Made by a program: the position numbers and the translations under genes. From Dicyema japonicum (Eukaryota > Animalia > Dicyemida), in NCBI GenBank assembly GCA_011109175.1, contig RDEW01000035.1:386902-450901 (forward strand): 64,000 nt of DNA, given 5' to 3'. Each line of letters begins with the position of its first letter. Position 1 is the first letter of the stretch. This document shows, piece by piece, positions 1 through 11,869 of this stretch. The notes beneath the pieces were generated by a model that saw only the letters and a program-made list of their open reading frames with translations, was not told the DNA's origin and ran no database searches.

Positions 1-334
1 CATTAAATCCTCTTACTCTGTACATTCTCTCGTCAAGACACTTGTGGATAGCAAAAACAAACCAGAAGTGTTCGCATTCAGATTGTTTAGTGAATCTTTT
101 CGAGGGCTTTCCAGAAAACATATGTGCTAGAATACGGATTAAAACTAGAGACTTTGTTTTTTTTAGATTTCGTCAATTTTTTAAATAATCAATAACAGAT
201 AATTCTTCCTTTAACATATAATATGGTTATTTAAATACAAAATGAAATTAATCAAGAATGTTTTCAGTAATGCTAATCAATAAATATTGTTGTTATATTT
301 TATTATTGTTTTATTGATTCAATATGACAAATTA

Positions 335-660
335 GCCCCGGGGCGTCATGTGATGATTCGTGGCTAGTTGGTTGAAGAATCTGATTGATCGTCTTTTCCT
401 CCTCTCTTCCTACTAGAGTGGCGTCAGGTGATCCACCTGCCTAGGTGACGCCCAGTGCCAGGCCGGCACGAAAAAAAATCATTTGCTCTTCCCCACTCCA
501 CTGGATGGGTTTCCACAACTGCAAGTATGGACGTCTTTTACCCTTTATGTTGATTCGTCTTTTACCCTTTCTGTAGAAGTGAAACTGGATACACTTAATT
601 AGTTGTTTGCTTTAACTTCTTTCTCGGTGTATCCAGGGTTAATAAATAAATTAATTAAAA
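335..660 (+). mobile_element. Short non-autonomous retroelement carrying LINE-like 5' head and LINE-like 3' stem/tail
   Basis: Head GGCGTCA(T/G)GTG matches LINE head at 54532. 3' stem ctggatacac (585-594) / gtgtatccag (627-636) followed by ggttaataaataa, as in LINE 3' ends. No ORF. Confidence 0.7.
420..484 (+). ncRNA. Candidate HDV-like pseudoknot (copy with weakened P2)
   Basis: GGCGTC A GGTGATCC ACC TGCCTA GGT GACGCC CA GTGCC AGGCC GGCAC GAAAAAAAATCATTT; P2' has AA where the 28830-28894 copy has GG. Confidence 0.45.
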
Positions 661-1194
661 TGATTTTTGAAGCATCTTGAGTCAACTCCATCCCATGTCA
701 AAACCATAACGTCTATAATATGGAGACCTGCTTTATAGGATGGAAAATTCCGTGCTACTTTTTTGTGTGAAAGGAAAAAAACCGCCTATATTAAGAGGGA
801 TATTTAGTAAACATTGTGTTCCCAAATGAGACATTTGAGGAGGGAAAAGGCGTAGTTAGATGAGGCAATAATGGTGTATAGAAGGAAACTCTATACCCAT
901 GAAAGTCGGTGTAAGAAAAGAAGAGAAAATAATCTGTTTAAATTTAATCGCCTATTATCCATAGCTTTAAAGGGAACTCTAGATTGTCTTACACTGTAGT
1001 ATAGTAGGCAGAGCCTAATGAGAAAAGGGCTCAGCGGTTTCAAAAATTAGAATTGAACTCCTGAGGAGGGTGGTGAACAAGCGAGTGAGGAAGGTTGCTT
1101 AAATGTTAACTTTTTCGTTAAATAAAGCTGAGTTATTATTAAAAAGATAAATAAAAAACTAAATTAATATTCCAATAATTAATTTTGTTATATT

Positions 1195-1467
1195 TTATCT
1201 TATTCTCAACATATAAAAGTAATCAACAAAACCAGTATTCTCCGCCATTGTACGTTTGTCTAGTTTAACTACATTACATACCAATATTTTTTCTACAACC
1301 ATTCAATAAATTAATGAATTGTTTGAATTTATTACTGAAATTTCCATCTTTAATACTTTTTGTTGCCTCTGTAATACAGTCATTTTGTATATTTTTGTGT
1401 TCTATTAATGAAACCAATAATAATATTCCTACAAATTAATAATAAAAATACCAAATAGAGCAATCAT
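1195..1467 (-). CDS. Small putative secreted peptide precursor, 75 aa, 3 exons (copy 1)
   Basis: MIALFGILLLVSLIEHKNIQNDCITEATKSIKDGNFSNKFKQFINLLNGCRKNIDKRTMAENTGFVDYFYMLRIR after removing 23-nt and 22-nt GT-AG introns; frame intact in both copies. Confidence 0.7.
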
Positions 1468-2864
1468 TATTATTTATCATCATTACTACTTTTATATTAA
1501 TCATATTTCCATTACGTATGGATTATGTTTTCCATCTACTATATTAGAGTAACAATACCAACCCATATTTTGACCAAATAGAATTCTAAGTTAGGCATTG
1601 ATATCTGATCATTTTTTATTCTCAAAAATTCACATATGTAAAGTTTCCCGAGTCCATCAAAAGGAAGACGTGAGATTATATCAACTTAAGGAGAAAATAC
1701 TACATGTCTTAGAGCTACACCATAAAACCACGAATTCTAGGCAGACACTGCATTCAACCATGTAAGACGATGGGTATTCGTGGACCTTTAAAGTTCATTT
1801 AGCTTTTATCACAAAGGATTTCATCCCAGTACATTTGGAAATAAAGTTCTTAGGAACACAAATTCGTTTTCTGTCTACTGCTGCAAAACCGATTCAATCA
1901 CAAAGTCCAGACTCAATTCATGGCAGGAACATAAAATTGAGTTGGCCAAGGCATGGTAGCTTACAAGTGATGATAGTCAGCATGGAATGGCAAAATCGCA
2001 AAATCGGTAGAAGACACAAACCTTATCGGATCCAAGAAGGACATTCTTACATTCCTTTGGATATTCGAACAATCCTCAAAAATTGAAAATATATTTTTCA
2101 AATTAATGGACAAATTTGGTAATATTTTTTAATTAAAAAACACAAAAAATTAACCAAAAATGATCCCCCGACATAATCGACATTGCCTCTCACGATCGTA
2201 ACAGATATAATCTTGAGAAGCCATTGAATCTCATGTGCGTCGTTGCCTTTTGTGTTTCCAGGAATCCCAACTTCTTGACGAAATGAAGTGATTTCCCACT
2301 TATCATCAAGTCCATCAGGTTATTGGAATAATTTAAAAGATTTTATTATCCCGATTGATTTACTTTGAGACGTTTCTGATAAATAGTAGGCACGATGGAG
2401 TACCATAGACGGAGGATAGATCACATAATAATTTGACCTTTTCTTTCTAATAATTTCCTTAGAGATGTTGGGATTATAAAATTAACACCGTTGCATTTTA
2501 AGAAGATAATTGGTATAACAAAAGCAGATGAGACTTCCAATGGTAAAAGTCCATCCAAGGAATAAACCAGTGACGCTAATTGAAGGAAGAAAGGAGCAGA
2601 AAACAAGATGAGAACCTTCGACCAAGTAGCCATCGGAGGGAAACAAAACGAAGAAAAGTGTTATAGATATGATATCTTTCAGAAATGGATCTGTGAATCG
2701 ACACCTCCAGAAGGCTGTTAGAGGAACACCCGATGTATGAGGGCGTAATCAGTGAGTATCGTTAAGTGATGATATAATGTCCATTTTCACCATGAAGTGA
2801 TGGGCTGGGTTCTCATCAACATCGGAGCGTAGTTTCATCAAACTTCCGAAAGAATACCCACTAG

Positions 2865-3720
2865 TTGGTTATTATTATTAAAAACCAAAAATTACCGACA
2901 AACTAAATAACTACATAGCCGTCAGGTGATTCCGGTCGCTTCGAATAGCCATCTCATTTTTGCTCGGTGTTTTTCCCGGGTTCCAACGCATTTCCGGATT
3001 GGACGTGGGATTCTGACTTTTTTGGGTGTTAGTAAGATTTTCCTCACTAATTCCTTAAATGGTGTAGGGTTTGGTGGTGTCTGGGAAAACCTTTACAGAG
3101 CCTTACTGGCCATTTTTTGGAATGTATTAATTTTTTACATATTCGCGTTTGATAGTTTGGTTCCCCATGCAGCACATTCGTAAGTTAGAGGCGGTTGAAT
3201 ATACTGCACGTAGAGCGAGTCCAAATTTGAGTTGCAACACCAATTATATTGTCCAAGGAGTGTTTTAACAAAATTTAGCTTTCGTTGTNATGTTACGCAC
3301 AGTATCGTGAACAAGTTGGTCATGGGGATTGAGTTTCCATTTATGGTTACACATGGAGCGGAATCGTCAATATACTGTTGTGAAAATTGTTGTATAAGAC
3401 TTTTTGTGACTTGTATGTAGAATGTTCTTAACGAGCCAACAGTTCAGATCGTCCAATGAAGCTTGTATCTGGTATACAGCAGTATGAACGCACTGGTCTT
3501 TGACTGCGACGATTATATCATCAGCATATGTCGAAAACAGAGTATCGTCACTGGTAATGGAGGGAATATCAATTAAGAATAAGTTGAACAGGTGTGGTGA
3601 CAGTGGAGATCCTTAAGAGACCCCATTTGGAAAGAACTTGGTCATTGACCTAGTTTTGAGTTTTAGGCCATCCTTGATGAAAATTTGTAAGGCATGTAAC
3701 AGATTTTGAATCTTGTATAG
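2865..3720 (-). mobile_element. Decayed Ingi/Vingi-like LINE, RT 3' half and 3' end
   Basis: FPNGVS*GSPLSPHLFNLFLIDIP...YADDII; YIQPPLTYECAAW; degenerate 3' stem and taataataa tail at ~2870-2935. Confidence 0.85.
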
Positions 3721-3879
3721 TTGATTAACTGCAACAAAATCAAAAATATATGATAATGTTTTAGTTAGAAATTAATTATTTAAATACTAATTATTTTAAT
3801 AATTTAAATAATATAGCGTGCATCTTTTTGGTGGAGCTGGTAAGAAAATTAATGTAAAATAAAAAGAACTAATTGTCCN

Positions 3880-4270
3880 TGGAAGGAACTTGGTCACTTA
3901 CCTAGTTTTTCCAGCAGTTACTGTTTCTTTTCTTCCATTTAGGAAATTAGCAATCTAGATTTTCAGGTAGTTTGGGATTTTTGACGTAAAGATCTTCCTT
4001 ATCAAAAATTTTCTTGGGACAGCGTCGAAATCTTTTTTTAAATATATGGAGCATATCAATAATTTCTGATGAGGTTTGCGTTTTAGGTTATCCTTGATGA
4101 AATGTGTAAGACATGTAAGATTCATTTCTGTGGAGTGCCCTTTTCTGAATCCGTGTTGAAAAGGTGCATCAGGAAGGTATGGTTTGATTAGTTAAGAATC
4201 AGGTTAGATAAGGGAAGAATACGGTTTTCTAGTGTTTGGTATTGTGGACCACCAAAAACAAGAGAACATC
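3880..4270 (-). mobile_element. LINE RT fragment (domains 2-3)
   Basis: PFQHGFRKGHSTEMNLTCLTHFIK...DFDAVPRK; shares blocks with 3630-3705. Confidence 0.8.
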
Positions 4271-4350
4271 AAAATTTAACTAAAAATAATAAATTTTGTT
4301 ATACTTAAAAATTAATGTGATAATAAAATAATTGTCTCCAATAGAAACAA

Positions 4351-7046
4351 ATGTCGAAGGAAGCTAAAGTTTTGATAGTGTGCAGCATAGGGCATGGTAA
4401 ATGATGAGTATGACTAATACAGGTAAGAATTTCTCTATGTTTGACAACTCAAAATGTAAACTAATTGTGGAGGCTGAATGCTGCTCAGAAAAGCTTGAAA
4501 GTGATCCCATTGAACTAATATCAAACCCTAATTTTTCCCAAGAATTGGCATGGGAGGTGTCTAGACACGAATTACATCAACTTAGGTTATTAAATGTAAT
4601 CATCCAGTAGATCCTCTCGGATTCCCCTTAAATTAGTCTTTTTTGTGTTAAAGGGTGCCGAAAAAATTGAATTTGGTTACATTCCTTTAGACATTCGAAC
4701 AATAAAAGAACTGCCTCCACCGCCTGAACATACATGGCGAAAATTAGTGGTCCCTCACAGACTTGGAAAGCATAGTAAATCCCATTCAGTGGGGCCTCAG
4801 GTAAGTGTGAGTTTGTATAGTGAAATTGTTGGGCAAGTAAACAACAAATGCGGTTGTAGTAAATGTTAAATGTAGACAATATACTGAAAGTGGAATTGGA
4901 TAGTAAAAATGGGTTCTTTCAAATTGGGAAACATGCTAGTTGTTGTCGTATATTTGTGCTTTCAGTTACGGTTCTCTCAGCCTCAAATTTAGCCAGAGTT
5001 AGAGTCTTCATAATTTAGTTAATTCCGAGTGATTCTCAGCTTGAATGTGATGAATTTTCGTTTTACTACGAAATGCTAGGAAATAAAGTTCAATCGGACA
5101 CGTTTTGGAATATAGTTGACCCTGGGTTCTCACCAGAGCGTGCCTCCCTTCGTCTGCGTTCCAGTCTTCCAATGCTACAGCGCTATTTCCAACAAGTTTG
5201 GTCCTCAATAGAGGTATCGTGTAAAGTAACTAAAAGGTCAAACTACTGTGTGGGGGGAGTAGAGTTATGGCTTCTGGAAAAGTGTCGTTGAGTGAGTTTG
5301 TCCGAGAAAAACTAGATGATGACGTGAACGCATCAGCCAGTGTGGATTGTATTGTACTATTTGTTATCATCAAAGTTAAATAATGGAACTACAGAGGAAG
5401 GACAGTCTTCAGTAAGATTGGTCCTCTCTATCCGTCTGGAGGAGGAATCTCAACCATTAGAAGAATCTTCACCACAGCCAATAACTACTCCTATGATTCC
5501 AGTCGAAAATACAAAAAAAGAACCATTGCCTAATGGAGATGAATGCCACCACTTTAGCTTTACAATCAACATTTCATCAGTGGAAATGAACTTTTGTGGA
5601 GAATATACATAAAGTAGTGACTATGTACACGTGTAGATATGATTATATGTTTTTTGGAGCAGGAATTCCATTCACAACAATGCCAGCCATAAATGTGGAG
5701 ACTCAACGGAAGGTTGGAATTAGTAATGGAACCTGCACATATGATTTTGCCACAACTTGGAATAATCTGACTAATACTCTCTGCAGTGTACCACTTAGAA
5801 TTGAAATATGGATGGTGGATGAGGATATTAGTGGACGACTGCATGATGTTTGTGATATATCATTGGGAGAGTTGGTCAAACCAGTCACTCCTGTCCAGAT
5901 CAAAGTTAATCATGTGCTTTAAATTAAGAATTCTGTTGGATCTGTTGGGGAAAGGAGATTTTGTTCATTCGAGGCACAAAGTGGAATGAAAAATAAAATA
6001 CAGATTAATATATGTCTTGACAATTGGGGGATCCTTAAAGAAGGAAAAATGGACTCTGTTGGGACGACACAACTCGAGAGACAAGCAACATTGGAGTTGG
6101 AATTATGGAGAGCTCGTAAAGAAGAAGAACATGAACAGGAATTGGCCAAATTACGGGCAAACTATTTATCTCAGTTGACGGAAGAGTGGAAGACGAGACA
6201 TTCTGAAAGAGAGGCTCTTGTTAAACGAAAGGTTGACGAATATGACAAACTCACCAATGCTCTTCGGGTCACACTCGCACAATTCACTCAACGGGAGGAA
6301 GACTTAAATAAAAGAGAACATAATGTATGATGAATAATTAACAAAGCTAAAACTGGAGAAAGCTCAATTTGAGGGCATGAGAGCTCATCATGAGACTGAG
6401 ACACGTGCTAAATTACGTCAGACACAAATGGAACACCAAACACAACTACAGCGTGAACAGTAGTTTAATATTTCACTATTAAAGGAATCTACGCCACAAT
6501 TTGGAGTGTCAAATGAGCACTTTGCAAGCCAGTTTGTCTGACTCACGTGCAAATGAAAAAATGGATAAATCAGAGAGGGATACTTCAAAAATATTGGAGA
6601 AACTTGCAATTGAAAGGGACGAATGGAAAAGAAAATTTGATCATGAACAGAAAATAAAGAATCACTACAAACAGAGTTGGGGGAAAGCTTTAGGAGAGTT
6701 GGCAACACTGAGGGCTGCTCATGAAGCCGATATGCTTGCCCAACTCAAAAAGAAGGACATTCAACTAAAAAAACTAAAATCTCACAAGAATTTATCAAAT
6801 CAGGCAGACTACTTTACTGCAGCCAAGACAGAACTGAAAACAGAAATAGCGAATAAACAGTTAGAGAGTGAATCTATTGTGAGCATACCAGAGACACCCA
6901 AAGACTACAAGTATGAAGATCACATTGCTAGATTGATAGAAGAAAGAGACAGTCTATTAAGAACGGGGGTGTATAGTAATGAAGATAAGATTATTGTCGA
7001 ATTGGATAGGGAAATTAGAGAGTCTGTAAATGCCCATAATAATTGA
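4351..7046 (+). CDS. CEP120: Centrosomal protein CEP120 (three C2 domains + coiled coil), multi-exon
   Basis: MSKEAKVLIVCSIGHGKNF...QELAWEVSRHELHQLR...GYIPLDIRT (C2A); FYYEMLGNKV...FSPERASLRLRSS (C2B); LELELWRARKEEE and LIEERDSLLRTGVYSNEDKIIVELDREI (coiled coil) match CEP120. Introns e.g. 4397-4422, 6460-6484. Confidence 0.93.
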
Positions 7047-7149
7047 TTATCTTAAATATTTCATAATGTTGTATTTTACTATATGGTTCCCCTTTTCCTG
7101 ATTACTCCAACTGTGGTTTTCCATGTACAACAAATAACCCCTTTCCTTT

Positions 7150-7230
7150 GTAAGTTTTTTTCTTTACCAGGATTACTTAGCCGAGAACATTTTTTTCTCT
7201 TTAAACCAAGTGATCCTGGGATGATTGACT
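7150..7230 (+). mobile_element. Isolated LINE/SINE 3'-end stem
   Basis: ccaggattactt (7167-7178) pairs with aagtgatcctgg (7208-7219); intervening sequence resembles 14581-14620. Confidence 0.7.
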
Positions 7231-7239
7231 ATATAAATA

Positions 7240-8780
7240 GAGGAAAAAGAAAGTTCGCTCATTCCAAAATTACTTTCATCGGGCGACACTTTTCTCATCT
7301 AACATGAGAAAATCTTTTTTTATTTCTGAGGACATCCAAGAGAATCACGGTCCACCCAAAATGCCTTGTCGTCATAAAACTGAACATCAACATTGTAAAG
7401 GGGTTAATAATCGAACTCCGCAAATTATTATGCAAGCACAGGATTACTCGTTCATCCTCTTCAGTTGTATGGTAGGGGGTGGAGGAGGACTCATCTTCTT
7501 TTTCAAGAATGGGATCTCTTACAGTTTGAACACCAAATACAAAAGTATTCCGCCTGGATAGACTGGAATCTCTGTACTGAAGAACATAATCACAATTATA
7601 TACATGTACATACCCTCTTCCGTTTCTCTCGTTTATTTAAAGTTAACGGATCAATTTCAAAGAACTTATTATCTGAGCGTGAAAAGTCCGGCTTGGTTAA
7701 GAATCAATTGGCAGAAGAGTAAATTATTAATAGAAAGTCTGTATAGCCTAATGTTAAACCTTGTATTAACATCATAAAGAACCAATGACACCTAGTCCTG
7801 TATAAGGAAAACCTTCTCGTATGTCCATCTTCTGGTCATCTGCGAAAATGATAGTAAAACTAATTCTCTGTATGATTCCCACTATTTTACCTTCAAGAGA
7901 AACCTATTAACTACAAATCTACAATAGGATCCATTTCTGAGGGTCTACAATGTAAACAAGGCAACCAAAAATATTTAGTATGCTTGATCGTTATACATAA
8001 GGGATTTGACTATGTCACAGAGGAGATCCTTACGTGAAATGTCTTTGACTCAGATATACTACAAAAGTCAAGAGATAGCTTGCAAACCTTTTTAACGGAG
8101 GCAGTGGAAGTGTCGTATCATAAAGTACCTGTTTAAAAATTCATACCTAACGGTGTACTACAAAGATCACTCCTTGTCCCCCATTCTATTTAACTTACTC
8201 TTGAGTGACCTATCAGCCCAATCCATAATTTTGATATATGCGAATGATACAATTTTTGCATCAAAATTGGGGGAAATTAACCTAAAGAAGACTTCCGATC
8301 AACAGCCAAAAAAACTATACAAAATTTTTAGACTCGGTTGTCAAGATAACGAGTGGGCAGGTGGATTTGCTGCCCAGTTCGACTCTCAACAGTACACATG
8401 TAGGACGTATCTTACATAACCCCCTCCAATTTTTATGCTCAAAATCATCCCGCGCTCAGAGAAGCTGCGTTGTACCCCACAGGGAAAGGATAATAAATCT
8501 GGTTGAGGCTGTTGAGATCACTTAATAATAATACCTACAGCACGGTAACACCAAACTAACTAATCACGTGATCCCAGCACGCTCTAGCAGAGACCTCAAC
8601 TTGGCCCTATGCTCATCCCTCGACCCACAAAAGCATGCATCGACCGAATAACTGAATCTTCCTAGTCACAAAGGCACGTTCCTCTGTTCTTACAAATTAA
8701 GGATTCCAGAGGGATTTCTAATTAATGTAATTAAATTAACTATTTGTGTTATTTGGTTAATAATAAATAATAAATAAAAT
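7240..8780 (+). mobile_element. Decayed 2A-APE-RT LINE
   Basis: Degenerate 2A EDIQENHGP (7328-7354); APE-like GGGLIFFFKNGISYS; RT SLSPILFNLLLSDL...IYAND; ggttaataataaataataaata tail ending ~8780. Confidence 0.75.
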
Positions 8781-8789
8781 ATCAAGTAA

Positions 8790-10466
8790 ATGAGTTCCTA
8801 CAATGTGAATGTCGGAGTTCTTGGACATGTTGATTCTGGAAAGACGAGTCTTTGCAAATCTCTGAGCACTAAAGCAAGCACAGCAGCCTTTGACAAGAAC
8901 CCTCAAAGCAAGGAGCGTGGAATAACGCTCGATCTCGGTTTCTCCATGTTCACAGTACCAGGGGAACCACACTCTCAGCAGTTTACTCTTGTAGACTGTC
9001 CAGGCCACTCTTCACTACTAAAAACAATTATTTGTGGTTTCCTTTCTAATCCATTATTTTAAGGAGCTTCAATAATCGACATTTGTCTACTTGTTGTTGA
9101 TGTCAACAAAGGAGTCCAAGTTCAGACAGCTGAGTGTCTCATCCTTGCAGAAATTGCATGTCCTAAACTGATCGTCGTCATCAACAAAATCGACACTCTT
9201 TCACAGCCACATGACGTGCCGATCTCAGCGGTATTACCTTTCCCCAACTCCAACAGATGAAAACGAAAATATCAAGAATTTTGAAGAAAACCAAATTTAA
9301 GGACCCCCCAATGATTTCCGTCTCGGCCTTCTGCGCAATCGGACTTGAAGATTTGATCTCCTGTATCAGTTCCATAGCTGAGCCCACTCCACGGAACATG
9401 AAAGAGGACTTTTTAATGGCGATAGACCATTGTTTTGCCGTTAAAGGAAGGGGGACAGTGCTCACTGGAACCGTCCTCTCTGGGTCACGGAAAACTGGAC
9501 AAGTTTGCTAGCCATTTTAGCTCAGTCAGTGCATCTGTCTTCAATAAAGTCTGATCGGAAAATAATATCAATTCAATCTTTTGGAGTGTCAATAAACGAA
9601 ATATTTAGAGTTAACCACGTGATTTACTCTTAGGGGGATCGAGCTGCCATCTGCCTCACCAATTTGACACCAAGTAGTATAGAAAGAGGTCTCGTTTGCT
9701 GGCCTTCTTCGTTTATTGAACACAGTCGGTATTTTATATGTGCCATCCTCCCTCTCACATATTATAAAAGACCTCTGATTGAGAAAGCACATCTCCACGT
9801 GGCTGTTATCAACCAAATTCATCCAGCCACCTTGTATTTCTTCAGTTCTTCTCAGAAGGGGCACTTCAGCTTTGATGTTAATTATGGGTATATGGAAGAA
9901 GTGACTCCGGGGGAAAAAATATTCTGCCTCATGGATTTTGGAAAACCGACTCCCCTTTATCAGTCAGCCTTTCTGATTGTGTTCAACTTTGAGTCTGGAC
10001 ATGACTTGAAATGCCGCATTGCTCTCAGTGGGAATGTGTTATATGGATGTGGAGACACTGTTGATCCACGACTCCGTGTTTTGAGGAAGAAGACAAAGTC
10101 TGGAGTGGCCGAACGTGTTTGTGATGATCACCAAACGATTATTTGCAGAGATCTCTTCAAGGCAAAGTCAGAACATATGGACTTGTTCAAGTCTTTTAAG
10201 GGAAGACTCTCAACTGGGGAGACTGGCTTTGTAGAAGTCCCCTTGGGATGACTGGGAAGGTCAAAGTTAGATTTGGTAAGAGTATTGTGTTGAGTGTAGA
10301 AAGTCTTTCCCCTTCTACTATTGATAGAATAAATTCCACGAGGAAGAAACCCAAATGGAAGAAGAATGGTGAAACTGAGGTTATTGATCCTTCTGAGTTG
10401 GTGGAATTTACTGTTGAATATTATAAGAGAGTTTTCGTGGATGATAAGAACTTTTATCAGATTTAA
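8790..10466 (+). CDS. EEFSEC: Selenocysteine-specific elongation factor eEFSec; one apparent single-base frameshift near 10237
   Basis: NVNVGVLGHVDSGKTSL, AAFDKNPQSKERGITLDLGFS, TLVDCPGHSSL, IDHCFAVKGRGTVLTGT. Introns 9037-9063, 9231-9256, 9503-9525, 9610-9633. C-terminal YKRVF as in eukaryotic eEFSec. Confidence 0.93.
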
Positions 10467-10559
10467 TAATTTTATTGTTAAAGACCAATTACTAGAAATA
10501 TTAATTAGATTATAAATTTTATAATAGAATAAATCACACTCGAACGTTGAATGACCCCA

Positions 10560-10890
10560 ATGTGAACAGATTATTCCATATATGTGAAAAAGACATAATC
10601 GAGGCCAATAAGCATCGACATTATTGAATAAAGATGGAGACTATTTGGGCACGTGATTAGAATGGACATAAACGCCCTGAAAATATAATAATGGACAATT
10701 ACTTTAACAATGAGAACAAACCATCGTTCAGAGGAAGGTCTAGAGTCATTCTTCCTGTGACTCTTAAAAGGATCTTAATAGAATTGGAAGAAAGCTTAAA
10801 TCTGCAAAGACCTAAAAGATCACAAAGCAGAGGCCGATGGAGATGCCTAGTGAAACAAATTTTGAAACGGGTGACACAAACGGGACCTTA
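10560..10890 (+). mobile_element. RTE-clade LINE C-terminal fragment
   Basis: RWRLFGHVIRMDINA...MDNYF...RGRSRVILPVTL...RWRCLV across frameshifts. Confidence 0.75.
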
Positions 10891-11379
10891 GTTAATATAA
10901 CGTTCTTTGGTTCTGTGAAAGTGCTTCTAATAACAATAATTAAATCACACTTTTTAATAACTATTTTTGGGTTCTACCATCGCATGAACTCACTACGATG
11001 ATTAGAATTTATATACAAACGAATGCATACGTTTTTACTCCAAATGAGCTTTTGACAGTTTATGAAAATTAGAGTGACTGGGGTTATGGGGAATACTTAC
11101 TTAGGCGAATTTATACGAAAATTTATTTTCATTAAAAATGGTAGTAAAATTGTAACATTATTTTCACTTTTTTGTAAATCTTTATTCCTTTCAGACCATA
11201 ATTCAATAAATCTTTCAATTGAACTACTCTCGCCTATTGGTAGACACCGGAAAACCATAATAAACTACAAACGTGCCAAAAAATGCTTAGTTTTTAGCGG
11301 AAAAATTAAAATCACTCGATGCCTCCGTGAAAATTTTGAATGAGGTTATCTTCAATTTAGACAAAACTCACATTCTAAG

Positions 11380-11830
11380 AGACCTCATTAGTGACAATAA
11401 TCTCTAAGGAAATTATAGAAAAGATTCATAAGCCGAATCCCTGTGGATGAACTATCCAACCTAAATAGTGAAATTACAAAGTTAATCAACAAAAGGAATT
11501 TGGAATGATGGGACAATTTCATCACTAAAATTGACCACCGGACATAACTAAAGGATTTATGGGGAACATATGTGCTATTCAATCGAAACAAAATAGAATA
11601 GACAGGAATCTATCGCCGTGAGATTTCGCTTATCAGATCATAATGGACCACTACAAACAAGTAAAATCAACATGAACAAATGCTCCCCTCCATGTGAATT
11701 TAACAATGTTCTCACTCCTCATGGAAATCCTATTGTAATCAGCACGACTGATAAAACCTTATCAAAAACTCAAAAAACTCTCCAGCAAAGGATTAGACGG
11801 AATCTGCATTCTCCATTTAAAGCACCTGAA
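11380..11830 (+). mobile_element. LINE APE-RT linker fragment
   Basis: Nucleotide similarity to 24200-24580 and 25680-25760 (ctctaaggaaattat..., gaaatcctattgtaatca, ttagacggaatc...ttctccattt). Confidence 0.7.
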
Positions 11831-11869
11831 TTTTTACAACGTGAATGTCATACCCACAGGCAGAACACA

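Larger units (their letters stand above)
1..1736. repeat. Left copy of ~1.74-kb inverted duplication (runs off window edge)
   Basis: Base 1 onward is the reverse complement of 29311 downward (cattaaatcctcttactctgtacattctc... vs ...gagaatgtacagagtaagaggatttaatg). Similarity ends near 1736/27576; scattered substitutions and small indels. Confidence 0.95.

Noticed and set aside
520-580. Short tandem duplications (24 nt here; ~21 nt at 34410-34452) as a repeat array or CRISPR
   Set aside because: Two units only, no spacers; ordinary slippage.
1740-2870. ORFs 1835-2086 and 2421-2633 as a gene
   Set aside because: No consistent splice model; in-frame stops include TGA, TAG and TAA, so Sec or alternative-code readthrough does not explain them; no recognisable domain.
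2918-2936. Long-range 5'-3' pairing between head AGGTGATCC and the 3'-stem arm GGATCACYT
   Set aside because: Complementarity holds between different copies but not within the one element here with both ends well preserved (335-660, arm is GGATACAC).
8790-9062. Bacterial SelB or contaminant
   Set aside because: Spliceosomal introns, a eukaryote-type C-terminus and metazoan neighbours.
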